A stretch of DNA of 32,000 bases from an uncultured Lentisphaeria bacterium (lineage in GTDB: Bacteria > Verrucomicrobiota > Lentisphaeria > JABSQK01 > JAJFLO01), in contig OX638337.1 of the NCBI GenBank assembly GCA_951812855.1, positions 60,001-92,000 on the forward strand. The letters are read 5' to 3'. The notes under the pieces were generated by a model, which saw only the letters and a program-made list of their open reading frames with translations, had not been told where the DNA came from and did no database searches. Made by a program: the position numbers and the translations under genes. Positions 1 to 9,274 of the stretch are shown in pieces. Position 1 is the stretch's first letter. Each line of letters begins with the position of its first letter.

Positions 1-1557
1 TTGAACAGTTTGGACATCTCCGGTTTCTTCTTTGACCTTTACTGAATAAGCTTTGCCATTGACTTCTACCGTGTAATTGGCCGGATGTCTCGTTCGAGAC
101 ATATTTTCTGATTCCTTCTGTACGGGTGCCGGAGTTGATTTTTCTTCTGGTTTATCTTTGGAGACTTTGCGGACATTGATCTGCATTTTTCCTTTTAGAA
201 AATCAATACCTTTATTCCCTCCGGGAGTTGCAAGTGCTCCTGCAATAAAAATGTTTTCATCTGTTTGTTCCAACCCTTCGTCTTTTAATAATTTTCTTGC
301 TCTTGGAATTCCAGGTTCCAAAACAGAAAGTGGATCACCTTCCAGGGGTGGTTTTCCAAGTTGTTCTTCGGCAATTTTTACGATTTCAGGGTCGGGTTTT
401 ACGGGAGTTCGGCCGAAGTATCCGAGTACCATATTTCCGTAACCATCGGTAATTTTTTTCCAGGGTCCCTGAGTTACGTTGGCGTAGGCCTGTTGAAAAT
501 AAAATTGGGAAACTGGAGTTACTGAGGTTCCAAAACCGCCTCTGGCGACACATTCAGCCATGGCTTCAATAACCTTTGGGTAAAGATGCAGCGTCCCGGT
601 ATCACGCATCATCATGGTATTTGCAGTCAACGCACCACCCGGCATCGGTGATAAAACGACTTCTGATGATACGGATAATGCCTCCGGCGGGAAAAAATAA
701 TCTTTCATACATTCCTTAAAGACAGAATTGGCTTCCAGAATTTTCTTAACATCAATATCAATACAATAATCCGTTCCTTTCAGTGCATGCCACATTGAGA
801 TCATATCAGGTTGAGACGTCCCCCCTGAAACAGGTGCACGGGCCAGACATATTCCATCGCATCCCCCGTTAATCGCTGCTAAATATTGGGAAATCCCTTC
901 TGATGAGGTGTCATGCGTATGATGCCAGATTATGACATTTTTACCCAGTAATTTCCTGGCACCGGAAATCGTGTCATATACTTTCTTTTGATTACTTGTT
1001 CCGGAAGCATCCTTAAAGCATACGGAATCATATGGGGTTCCTGAATCAATAATTTTCTTTAGAGTATCCAGATAAAATTGTGCATCATGAGCACCTTCAC
1101 AACCGGGAGGAAGGTCCATCAGCGTGACCACAATCTGGTGATGTAAACCTGCATTTGAAATACATTGCCCGGAATATTCCAGATTTCGAACATCGTTTAA
1201 TGCGTCAAAATTGCGGATATGTGTAATACCATGTTTTGCAAACAGTTTTGCATGAAGATCAATCATATCCCCGGGTTGAGCAGATAAGGCAACAACGTTA
1301 ATCCCCCGGGCGAGGGTTTGCAGTTTTGCATCGGGTCCAGCGGATTCACGAAACCGGTCCATCATATCAAATGCGGATTCGCCACAGTACATAAAAAGAC
1401 TTTGGAATCGTGCACCGCCTCCAGCTTCAAAATGGTCTATGCCAGCTGCGACTGCAGCTTTGACAGCGGGCAAAAAATCGTCCGTTAACGCTCTGGCTCC
1501 GAATACGGACTGAAAACCATCACGAAAGGATGTATCCTGGAATAATATTTTCTTCAT
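1..1557 (-). CDS. oadA: Biotin-dependent decarboxylase/carboxyltransferase alpha subunit (oxaloacetate decarboxylase alpha / pyruvate carboxylase subunit B family); C-terminal part runs off the left edge
   Basis: Absent from the ORF track because no stop lies in the window. Hand translation of the minus strand from ATG 1557..1555 gives MKKILFQDTSFRDGFQSVFGARALTDDFLPAVKAAVAAGIDHFEAGGGARFQSLF...HHTHDTS..., an HMGL-like carboxyltransferase TIM-barrel pattern. The frame stays open for all 519 codons to position 1. A GAGGGA SD sits 7 nt upstream. The gene lies directly downstream of an OadG-like gene. Confidence 0.8.
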   Translation of the reverse strand, partial: MKKILFQDTSFRDGFQSVFGARALTDDFLPAVKAAVAAGIDHFEAGGGARFQSLFMYCGESAFDMMDRFRESAGPDAKLQTLARGINVVALSAQPGDMIDLHAKLFAKHGITHIRNFDALNDVRNLEYSGQCISNAGLHHQIVVTLMDLPPGCEGAHDAQFYLDTLKKIIDSGTPYDSVCFKDASGTSNQKKVYDTISGARKLLGKNVIIWHHTHDTSSEGISQYLAAINGGCDGICLARAPVSGGTSQPDMISMWHALKGTDYCIDIDVKKILEANSVFKECMKDYFFPPEALSVSSEVVLSPMPGGALTANTMMMRDTGTLHLYPKVIEAMAECVARGGFGTSVTPVSQFYFQQAYANVTQGPWKKITDGYGNMVLGYFGRTPVKPDPEIVKIAEEQLGKPPLEGDPLSVLEPGIPRARKLLKDEGLEQTDENIFIAGALATPGGNKGIDFLKGKMQINVRKVSKDKPEEKSTPAPVQKESENMSRTRHPANYTVEVNGKAYSVKVKEETGDVQTVQ

Positions 1558-1673
1558 TTTATTTCCCTCATTTCATCTCATTGACTTTTAACAATTCAGA
1601 CACGTGTTACGCAGTAACAATGCCCGATTCTTCATTCTGTATGTCCGGTAACTCTATTCAAGTTAAATCCAGG

Positions 1674-1931
1674 TTAATTTTCATTTCGATAACGTGATAT
1701 CGCAGCACTGATAATCGCGGTTAAGGCAGTGTCGTTTTCGTTATCATCTGAAATTGATTTTTGGCTTTGAGAAGCCATATCGATTCGACTCTGATTTTCG
1801 AACGCGATTTCTTTTTCAGTATATCCTTTAAGAACCCGTGCAGATAATTCGACAACACCGTAAAGTATAAGGAGAAAAATAAAAACGACTCCCATCCCCA
1901 GGAGCATTAGCTTAAAACCTTCAATAATCAT
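1674..1931 (-). CDS. oadG: Na+-pump decarboxylase gamma subunit (OadG family)
   Basis: Single TM segment LMLLGMGVVFIFLLILYGVVEL and C-terminal TAIISAAISRYR are typical of OAD_gamma proteins. The gene sits immediately upstream of the alpha subunit. The track ORF extends to 2081, but the conserved part begins at MIIEGFK (ATG 1931). The start is uncertain. Confidence 0.7.
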   Translation of the reverse strand: MIIEGFKLMLLGMGVVFIFLLILYGVVELSARVLKGYTEKEIAFENQSRIDMASQSQKSISDDNENDTALTAIISAAISRYRNEN

Positions 1932-2376
1932 ATTGTCGAATACTGTTTTAATGTTGATTTGTGGTTCAGAAAAAATGTAATAAATAATACGATATACTAA
2001 ATGAATATCAAGAATGGAATCAAGGTTTGTGGTATTTACAGGTGCATTGAATGGGATTAAGCCGACTATAATAGTAAGCATCTCAGAGGTGCACTGTTAA
2101 TTGGATCGAAGTATTGTCTCTATGCTTTTTATATCATCAAAAACAAATGGATAATCAGGAGTTTTGGAATAGACAAGACAGATAAACAGTGTAAATATTG
2201 AGAGGTTCAGACTATGTATTTTCATTGGGACAGTGACACTGAAATGGTGGAGCTTAATTTGAAACCGGATATTATTTTTTCGTGAAATTACAGTGTAATA
2301 ATTAAAAGATTGATATCATCAATCAGAATTGCAGGGTTCTCTAAAATTAGTTAATAATTATGAAAACGGTATTGTT

Positions 2377-3696
2377 ATGCTAAATAAAGCACGGGTTTTT
2401 CAATTTTTGATTGTGATTGCGTTAATGATCAATTTGATCATTGGGTATCATGTGCATTCGGCTGTATTCAAACGTTCCGGAGAAGATAAGGGTTACAAAG
2501 CAATCAGGCAGTTTGCCCGTGTTTTGAGACTGATTCGGACAAATTATGTAGACGACACGAAAATAGAATACGATGAACTTATTTACGGGGCTTTGCAGGG
2601 CATGCTGAGCTCGCTGGATCGGTTTAGTTCGTTTATCGAACCGGATGAGTATAAAATGATGATGGAGGAAACAGAGGGCGAATTCGGGGGTATTGGTGTT
2701 GTTATCTCAATCAAAGACAATGTGTTAACGGTAGTTGCACCTATGGAAGATACTCCCGGCATGAGAGCTGGAATAATGGCCAATGATAAAATTGTCAGAG
2801 TCAATGACAAAGAAACCACAAATTTAACCCTGGAACAGGCTGTTGATCTTGTTAAAGGACGACCTGGAACGATGGTTGATATTACCGTTTTCAGACCATC
2901 GACGAGGGAGACAAAAACATTTTCTATTCAACGTGGTATAATAGAATTAAACACGATAAAAGATGCCCGTTTTATAGAACCCGGCATTGGGTATATACGG
3001 ATTACCCAGTTTAACGAAAAGACAGTGAGTACTCTTAAGGACTCTCTGAATGGTCTGAATAAAGATAAAATAAACGGCTTGATTATTGATCTGAGAAACA
3101 ATCCCGGGGGGTTGCTTTCGTCAGCAATCCATGTCAGTTCACTTTTTATTCCGCGTAAGCAGTTAATTGTATTTATGGAAGGCAGACAGGAGTCGCAAAA
3201 ACAGGAGTTCCACTCTTCCTCAGAAGAGAAGTTTCTGGATTTTCCAATTGTGATTTTGATAAACGAAGGCAGTGCAAGTGGTGCAGAAATTGTTGCTGGA
3301 TGCCTGCAGGATTATGGCAGAGCGTTGTTGGTAGGAGCAAAAAGTTTTGGGAAAGGGTCGGTTCAAAGTATTATTGAACTTAATGATGGCAGTGCTGTTC
3401 GGATAACAACGGCTAACTATTATACTCCGGGTAAACGTGTCATCCATGAAAACGGTGTTGAACCTGATTTTGTTGTCGATATTTCTGAAGAAGATTCGCA
3501 TAAATTATCGCTGCAACGGGCCGGGGCAGCCGGTGACGTGGTTGATGAAACAGAGGAAATTGAAGATCTTCAATTGATGCGTTCTTTGGAAGTATTGAAG
3601 GATCTCATAATTGCAACACGCGGCAAGAAGAAGGACTACGCAAGAATCGTCACGTCTGTTAAAGAAGTTCGAGATAAAAAAGTAAAAGAACACTAA
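2377..3696 (+). CDS. ctpA: Carboxy-terminal processing protease (peptidase S41A) with PDZ domain
   Basis: N-terminal membrane anchor. PDZ-like GIGVVISIKDNVLTVVAPMEDTPGMRAGIMANDKIVRVN. Catalytic-region motifs NEGSASGAEIVAG and SFGKGSVQ. The track start at 2329 is a TTG; ATG 2377 (MLNKARVF...) is the more likely start. Confidence 0.9.
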   Translation: MLNKARVFQFLIVIALMINLIIGYHVHSAVFKRSGEDKGYKAIRQFARVLRLIRTNYVDDTKIEYDELIYGALQGMLSSLDRFSSFIEPDEYKMMMEETEGEFGGIGVVISIKDNVLTVVAPMEDTPGMRAGIMANDKIVRVNDKETTNLTLEQAVDLVKGRPGTMVDITVFRPSTRETKTFSIQRGIIELNTIKDARFIEPGIGYIRITQFNEKTVSTLKDSLNGLNKDKINGLIIDLRNNPGGLLSSAIHVSSLFIPRKQLIVFMEGRQESQKQEFHSSSEEKFLDFPIVILINEGSASGAEIVAGCLQDYGRALLVGAKSFGKGSVQSIIELNDGSAVRITTANYYTPGKRVIHENGVEPDFVVDISEEDSHKLSLQRAGAAGDVVDETEEIEDLQLMRSLEVLKDLIIATRGKKKDYARIVTSVKEVRDKKVKEH

Positions 3697-3719
3697 AGGA
3701 AGTAGATCAATAGCAGATT

Positions 3720-4862
3720 ATGAAAATTCTCGGTATAGAAACAAGCTGTGATGAAACCGCTGTATCAATTGTTGAAAACGGTCATAATGTCTTAACCAAT
3801 GTTGTTTCATCACAAATAAAGAAACATGCACTGTACGGCGGCGTAATACCTGAACTTGCTGCTCGTGAACATCTCAATAATATTTCTACAGTTATTGATT
3901 CTGCCTTACTTGATGCACGAATTGGTATTAATGATATAGACGCCGTTGCAGTCACAAAAACTCCCGGTTTGTTACCGGCATTGCTTGTCGGTGTATCTTT
4001 TGCAAAAGGGTTGGTGTCCAGCCTGAATATTCCATTAATCGGCATCAATCATATAACAGCTCATATGTTTGGTGCATTAATTGACAGGGAAAGCATAATC
4101 AATGATCCCGATTCTTATCCTGTCGTGTCATTGATTGTATCCGGAGGACATACTCTTCTTGTGATAATTGAACGAGATGGAAATTGCACTGTTATAGGAA
4201 GAACTCTTGATGATGCAGCAGGAGAGGCCTTTGATAAAGGAGCAAAAATTCTTCAATTAAGTTATCCCGGCGGTCCTCTGATTGATAAGTTATCGCGATT
4301 TGGCAATGTCTCGAGATTTAATTTTCCAAGAGGCTTATGCGGTGCCAGCGGTAATTTTGTAAAGCCGGAAAACCGGTTGAACTTTAGTTTTAGCGGTGTT
4401 AAGACATCGTTACTGTATCAGTTAAAAGAATGGGATTTTGGCTGGTCGGAATTAGGCCAGTCAGTCAGGAAAGTGATTGTAGAAAACACTGTTCCTGAAG
4501 GAAAAAACAGAAATCAATCTCAAAATCTGATGGATTATCTGGACATGATTGCCAGTTATCAGGAGGCAGTGGTTGACGCATTAGTAATGAAAACGATGTC
4601 AGCGGTTAAAGATCGAAATGTAAAAACGTTAATCGTATGCGGTGGCGTTGCATGCAACAGCCGTTTGCGCGAGAAATTGAAAATTGAAGCAGATGAAACT
4701 AAAGTGCCTCTAATTATAGCGAAACCGGAATATTGTACAGATAATGCTGCTATGATTGCAGGGTTGGCCTATTACCAACTTGTTTCAGGCGAAAAAGATG
4801 ACCTGGACCTTGATGCATCACCATCGATTAAAAGAATTGAACAAATTCCACTAAATATATAA
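3720..4862 (+). CDS. tsaD: tRNA N6-adenosine threonylcarbamoyltransferase TsaD (Kae1/Gcp family)
   Basis: ILGIETSCDETAV, GINHITAH metal-binding histidines, SGGHT and CTDNAAMIA. At 380 aa it is about 30-40 aa longer than typical because of an internal insertion. Confidence 0.92.
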   Translation: MKILGIETSCDETAVSIVENGHNVLTNVVSSQIKKHALYGGVIPELAAREHLNNISTVIDSALLDARIGINDIDAVAVTKTPGLLPALLVGVSFAKGLVSSLNIPLIGINHITAHMFGALIDRESIINDPDSYPVVSLIVSGGHTLLVIIERDGNCTVIGRTLDDAAGEAFDKGAKILQLSYPGGPLIDKLSRFGNVSRFNFPRGLCGASGNFVKPENRLNFSFSGVKTSLLYQLKEWDFGWSELGQSVRKVIVENTVPEGKNRNQSQNLMDYLDMIASYQEAVVDALVMKTMSAVKDRNVKTLIVCGGVACNSRLREKLKIEADETKVPLIIAKPEYCTDNAAMIAGLAYYQLVSGEKDDLDLDASPSIKRIEQIPLNI

Positions 4863-4880
4863 CTCTTAATTTTTTGTAAA

Positions 4881-5705
4881 ATGAATAAATTCGACTGGAA
4901 AGAAGCAGGAAAATATACGGATATCCTTTATGATAAATATGAAGGGATTGCAAAGATAACAATTAATCGACCGGAGGTGCGGAATGCATTTCGCCCGCTG
5001 ACTGTTGTTGAAATGTCCGGAGCATTTGAAAATGCCCGTTGTGACAGCTCGATCGGGGTCATTATAATTACGGGTCAGGGAGAAAAAGCATTTTGTTCGG
5101 GGGGAGATCAAAAAATTCGGGGAACTTCCGGTTATGCTGATGATGAGGGAGTTGAACATTTGAATATTCTTGATTTCCAAAGACAAATACGTACGTGTCC
5201 AAAACCGGTAATCGCAATGGTAGCGGGTTTTGCAGTCGGTGGAGGCCATGTATTACATATGATGTGTGATTTAACGATTGCAGCAGATAACGCTATATTT
5301 GGGCAGACCGGTCCCAAAGTGGGTTCTTTTGACGGGGGTTATGGTGCCTCTTACATGGCTCGTATTGTGGGACAAAAGAAAGCTCGGGAAATTTGGTTTC
5401 TATGCCGTCAATACAGTGCACAGGAAGCGTTGGAAATGGGATTGGTAAATGGTGTTGTACCTTATGATAAAATGGAAGAGGAAACGGTGAAATGGTGCGG
5501 CGAAATTTTAGCCAATTCTCCTATAGCAATACGCTGTCTGAAAGCTGCTTTAAACGCGGATTGTGATGGTCAGGCAGGGCTGCAGGAACTCGCCGGTAAT
5601 GCAACAATGCTGTTTTACATGACCGAGGAAGGCCAGGAAGGTCGCAACGCCTTCAATGAGAAGCGGAAACCGGATTTTTCAAAGTTTTCTTCTAAGAGAA
5701 CCTGA
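4881..5705 (+). CDS. menB: 1,4-dihydroxy-2-naphthoyl-CoA synthase (crotonase superfamily)
   Basis: [36 protein letters not shown] and a C-terminal [14 protein letters not shown] are all typical of MenB. Length is 274 aa. Confidence 0.9.
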   Translation: MNKFDWKEAGKYTDILYDKYEGIAKITINRPEVRNAFRPLTVVEMSGAFENARCDSSIGVIIITGQGEKAFCSGGDQKIRGTSGYADDEGVEHLNILDFQRQIRTCPKPVIAMVAGFAVGGGHVLHMMCDLTIAADNAIFGQTGPKVGSFDGGYGASYMARIVGQKKAREIWFLCRQYSAQEALEMGLVNGVVPYDKMEEETVKWCGEILANSPIAIRCLKAALNADCDGQAGLQELAGNATMLFYMTEEGQEGRNAFNEKRKPDFSKFSSKRT

Positions 5706-5985
5706 CGTTATTTGAACTTCAGAAAAAAATGAAGGCTTGTGATGTTATACGAAAACAGTAATAAATCGGAATCATCAGAGATGACATCACAAGTTTCCAT
5801 AACGTAATGTGTTACACTGTACCTTTTCCTGATATTGGTATCTTACTTACCCTTTCGACTCTTCTTTATACAGCAGCTTTTATTCATGCAGTATCTATAA
5901 GTAAAATGTGGTCAGTGGGAAAACTCACTGCCGAGATGATTCCAACTATATAGAGATAATCGTTTAGCAGATATAGAAAAGTCTG

Positions 5986-6978
5986 ATGCGTGGAGATATA
6001 TTCCAACTCCAAAACCTTATCACTTCATTCATGTCCAATATCCCTGATACCACCAACAATTATATATGCCCGGCATCGCTGAATCCGGGTGACTGTATCG
6101 GTATTATTTCACCTTCCGGTGTGGTCGATTGTGAACGACTTCAACCCGGAATTGATTATCTGAAAAAGGTTGGCTTTAAGGTAATGTCAGGGGAACATAT
6201 TTATAAAAAAAACAGGTATCTTGCAGGAAGTGATCAGGAACGATTAAGTGATCTTCACGACATGTTTTCCAATCCTGAAATTTCTGCAATTTTTGTTGCC
6301 CGGGGGGGGTATGGAAGTGCACGCCTTCTCGATAACGTTGACTATTCTCTGATTCGGAATAATCCAAAAAATTTATCCGGTTTTAGTGATACAACAGCAT
6401 TACAGCTGGCAATCTTTTCAAAAACGAGACTGGTTACTTATTCCGGAATAACGCTTTGTACAGATTGCAACAGAGATGGACTGAGTAGATTGACAAATGA
6501 CTACTTTTGGAATCTGTGCAGGAATGGAGAATTTAATCATATTCAGAATTTAAATATTATAAAACCGGGAAATGCAACCGGCACTTTAATTGCCGGGTGT
6601 TTATCCATAATTACATCATTGACAGGAACTGAATATATACCACCTTTAGATCATTCGATCCTCGTGATTGAAGATGTTAATGAAGAGCCTTATAAAATCG
6701 ACCGTATGTTAACCCAATTGAGACTCAATGGTGTCTTTGAAAAAATTAATGGACTGGTTTTTGGTCATTTTAAAAATTGTACACCTGAAAATAAAAACCA
6801 TGGAGATGTAGAGGCAATATTTAAAGAAGTTGCGGAGTATGTAGAAGGTCCAGTTTTTTCAAACCTTGACTATGGACATGATATCAATCGGATAATTCTT
6901 CCAGTTGGTGCAGACATTCAACTGTCAACAGACTCGGAACATGGCGTCATGAGGATTGATAAATTAGTCGATTCTTAA
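5986..6978 (+). CDS. ldcA: LD-carboxypeptidase (peptidase S66, muramoyltetrapeptide carboxypeptidase-like)
   Basis: GDCIGIISPSG, nucleophile motif GFSDTTAL, EDVNEEPYKIDRMLTQL and YGHD...PVG. ATG 6031 (MSNIPD...) is an alternative start. Confidence 0.8.
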   Translation: MRGDIFQLQNLITSFMSNIPDTTNNYICPASLNPGDCIGIISPSGVVDCERLQPGIDYLKKVGFKVMSGEHIYKKNRYLAGSDQERLSDLHDMFSNPEISAIFVARGGYGSARLLDNVDYSLIRNNPKNLSGFSDTTALQLAIFSKTRLVTYSGITLCTDCNRDGLSRLTNDYFWNLCRNGEFNHIQNLNIIKPGNATGTLIAGCLSIITSLTGTEYIPPLDHSILVIEDVNEEPYKIDRMLTQLRLNGVFEKINGLVFGHFKNCTPENKNHGDVEAIFKEVAEYVEGPVFSNLDYGHDINRIILPVGADIQLSTDSEHGVMRIDKLVDS

Positions 6979-7435
6979 AGAGTATTTTCATGGATTTATG
7001 AACTGGCATAAGGTGGTATTGCTTCTTCGTTTTCTTTTTGCATATCGGGTTAAGCTGCCCCGCCGGAAGCCTGTCTGCATGACCAAAACTGACTGGAGGA
7101 TATGAAAGACTCAAATTTTCAAAACGGGTTGCAGTCGGAGATTATATAGACATTTCTAATAATATAGATTTAATTTATTTAGAAAGTCGTATGAAGACCA
7201 TTGGCAAGAAATGTACTGAAGACAGGACGGGCTCATCTTTTTGTGGTAAATTGTTTATCGAACGAAATAATTCCCTCGCTTCTATAAGATTAAGAGGTTT
7301 GGAGCACGTCTGTCATAGCGTATAAATCAGGGGCAATCCTGAATGGCACTGAGTCAAGGGCTGAAAAGTTGTAAAAAGCAGCCTGTGAATCAAAGTAGTT
7401 TTAAGTACAAATGATAAATTACACAATATATTCAT

Positions 7436-8524
7436 ATGAAATTAATCAATTTATATCTTGTTAAAAATCTGACAATTAGTTTTGTTATTGCTATTGCTAT
7501 AACGACGTTCGTTATGTTATTGGGTCAGTTAACCAAAGTGTTTGACCTGCTGACTCAGGGAGTTGACCCTAAAATAATAATGATGTACATCGTTTATCGT
7601 ATGCCACAAACTCTTGGCTATACGATTCCTTTAGGTTTTTTTATATCGACGGTTTTGATTTTTAACCGAATGTCACTTGATCATGAAATCTCAGCACTGA
7701 GAGCAAGCGGGATTAGTATTCAACAGATCATAGCACCGATCGTGCTGTTGAGTTTAGTATTGTGTTTTGTATCAGGAATTATACATTTTGAAATTTCTCC
7801 GGAATATAAATACCGAGCCAAATGGCTTGTCAGGGAGGCGGGAGTAATAAATCCTTTAATGTTGATGGAAGAGGGACGATATGTTGAAATTTTTGATGGT
7901 TATATCGTGTATGTTGATGAGAAAGAGGATGCTTCAGTCAGGGATGTGCATTTATACATCCTGAATAAGAAAGATGTTGTTGTGCAAAAAATCGATGCAT
8001 ATCGGGGTGAATTGATCGTTAATGACAAGAAAAAAGAGTTGGAATTAACGTTGTTTAATGCGACAATTGAGTCTATTCATCCAGAGGATATAAGTAAGAA
8101 TCAGCGAATAAAAAGTGGGAAATGCATGTTCCCTTTAAATTATGGTAATAAACTGCATAAAAAACCGCTTATCCGTCGTGTGGATGAAATGAAATTATCG
8201 CAACTTTTTTCGCAAATACAAATAAAAAGTGAACGGGGAGTTGATACAACAAAATTAAATGTTGAACTCCATCTTCGAGCCGCAATGGCATTAAGTCCAT
8301 TTTCCTTTATCTTGCTGGGTATCCCCCTGGGTATCAAACTGCCGCGACGGGAATCTTCCTGGAATCTATACGGATGCACTCTAATTCCTTTGATTTATTT
8401 TGTATCTATCTCAATTATTGAAGGGCTCTATCATTATCCACAATATAAACCCGAGTTACTTTTATGGGGCCCGAATATCGTGTGTCAGATTTCGGGTATT
8501 TGGGCTTTATGGATTAAAAAATGA
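7436..8524 (+). CDS. LptF/LptG family lipopolysaccharide export permease (YjgP/YjgQ)
   Basis: The N-terminus MKLINLYLVKNLTISFVIAIAITTFVMLLGQ is typical of the family. The layout is three TMs, a periplasmic beta-rich insert, then three TMs. Length is 362 aa. LptF and LptG cannot be told apart by eye. Confidence 0.75.
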   Translation: MKLINLYLVKNLTISFVIAIAITTFVMLLGQLTKVFDLLTQGVDPKIIMMYIVYRMPQTLGYTIPLGFFISTVLIFNRMSLDHEISALRASGISIQQIIAPIVLLSLVLCFVSGIIHFEISPEYKYRAKWLVREAGVINPLMLMEEGRYVEIFDGYIVYVDEKEDASVRDVHLYILNKKDVVVQKIDAYRGELIVNDKKKELELTLFNATIESIHPEDISKNQRIKSGKCMFPLNYGNKLHKKPLIRRVDEMKLSQLFSQIQIKSERGVDTTKLNVELHLRAAMALSPFSFILLGIPLGIKLPRRESSWNLYGCTLIPLIYFVSISIIEGLYHYPQYKPELLLWGPNIVCQISGIWALWIKK

Positions 8525-8568
8525 GGTAAAACTAATCTTGATTTTAAAATTAAAAGAGGACAATACCA

Positions 8569-8784
8569 TTGAAACCAGAATATAATAATAAATATGGGCC
8601 GGCACTGGCATTGGGCACAAATATCGCTGCCGGAATGGTATTGTGTTCACTTGGCGGATATTATTTAGATAAGAAAATTGGGAATGATTCATCATATTTA
8701 ACGCTTTCGGGTATGTTTCTTGGATTGTTTTATTCAGGATATGAGGTTTGGAAAGTTGTGCGTAATTTAAATCAAAAGGATTGA
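8569..8784 (+). CDS. atpZ: AtpZ/AtpR-like small membrane protein (ATPase_gene1 family) at the head of the atp operon
   Basis: Two-TM pattern ALGTNIAAGMVLCSLGGYYLDKKIG...LTLSGMFLGLFYSGYEVW matches the family signature. TTG start with AGAGGA SD at 8555..8560 (8-nt spacer). The stop overlaps the next gene's start region. Confidence 0.6.
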   Translation: MKPEYNNKYGPALALGTNIAAGMVLCSLGGYYLDKKIGNDSSYLTLSGMFLGLFYSGYEVWKVVRNLNQKD

Positions 8785-8785
8785 T

Positions 8786-9172
8786 ATGGATCGTTCTGAC
8801 AGGATACTAAATCAATATTTTATTTTAACACTTGCAATCAGCATTGTGCTGTCAGTCTGCATCTTGTATTCGGGCTTTGGTGAATTATTTCTCAAGGAAT
8901 TATTATGCGGGCTTGTTTTAGCTTCAGTCAATGGGTTTGTTGGTAATAAAATGAATAGAAAAGCAGTTTATGTTTATGCCTCAAAAAGCCCATTTTGGGG
9001 ATTAGCAATCCATTTCTTCAGAGTGAGTTTTTTGCTTATTCTTCTCCTTTTGTGTTATGTCTCCTCAATGCAAAACTTTAACCCATTTTTAATAACAACT
9101 TTAACGGGATACTTTTGCTTTCTGACGTATGAGGTTTTAGACTTACATTTCACAACGTTAAACAGAGTTTGA
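8786..9172 (+). CDS. atpI: Putative ATP synthase protein I (AtpI-like polytopic membrane protein)
   Basis: 128-aa hydrophobic protein between atpZ-like and atpB, the usual AtpI position. AAGGA SD lies 6 nt upstream. The assignment rests on position and size only. Confidence 0.45.
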   Translation: MDRSDRILNQYFILTLAISIVLSVCILYSGFGELFLKELLCGLVLASVNGFVGNKMNRKAVYVYASKSPFWGLAIHFFRVSFLLILLLLCYVSSMQNFNPFLITTLTGYFCFLTYEVLDLHFTTLNRV

Positions 9173-9274
9173 AAAATGTTTCTAATACTCTTAACATACT
9201 GGCTTGATTGTGATTATAATCTCAACAAGTCTTTTTTTAACCTTACATTAATAGACTTTAATAAGTGACAAATT

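Noticed and set aside
77-442. 121-aa plus-strand ORF at the left edge
   Set aside because: It lies entirely antisense to the well-supported oadA-like minus-strand frame, which is open across the whole 1..1557 interval. It has a Ser/Gly/Pro-rich, non-protein-like composition and no SD.
2233-2290. CTCCACCA on the minus strand (2245..2238), reminiscent of a tmRNA/tRNA 3' end
   Set aside because: The upstream sequence lacks a T-arm (no GGTTCGAnnCC-type element) and lacks an acceptor complement. It is a chance occurrence in the oadG-ctp divergent spacer.
2583-3693. Minus-strand ORFs inside the ctp gene (78, 93 and 62 aa), and similar short antisense ORFs inside tsaD, menB, ldcA, lptF/G, atpB, atpA, atpD, pheT, hisS, aspS, the SDR, folB and folK
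   Set aside because: They are shadow ORFs overlapping confidently assigned genes and have no independent support.
7040-7080. Possible SRP (4.5S) RNA helix-8-like sequence: the minus strand reads CAGGCUUCCGGCGGGGCAGC, compared with E. coli CAGGUCCGGAAGGAAGCAGC
   Set aside because: The flanking bases do not form the required tetraloop hairpin or the symmetric/asymmetric loops. No complementary 5'/3' closing helix was found.
7191-7325. 44-codon ORF with Cys/His residues (possible small zinc-binding protein)
   Set aside because: The Cys spacing (C8, C18, C41-H42) fits no zinc-ribbon pattern I know. The SD is weak (GAAAG). Noted only within the spacer finding.
9176-9268. 30-codon ORF filling the atpI-atpB gap, in the same phase as atpB and separated from it by TGA plus two codons
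   Set aside because: The peptide (MFLILLTYWLDCDYNLNKSFFNLTLIDFNK) is not a-subunit-like and has no SD. The in-phase relation has a one-in-three chance. TGA is used as a genuine stop elsewhere in the window.
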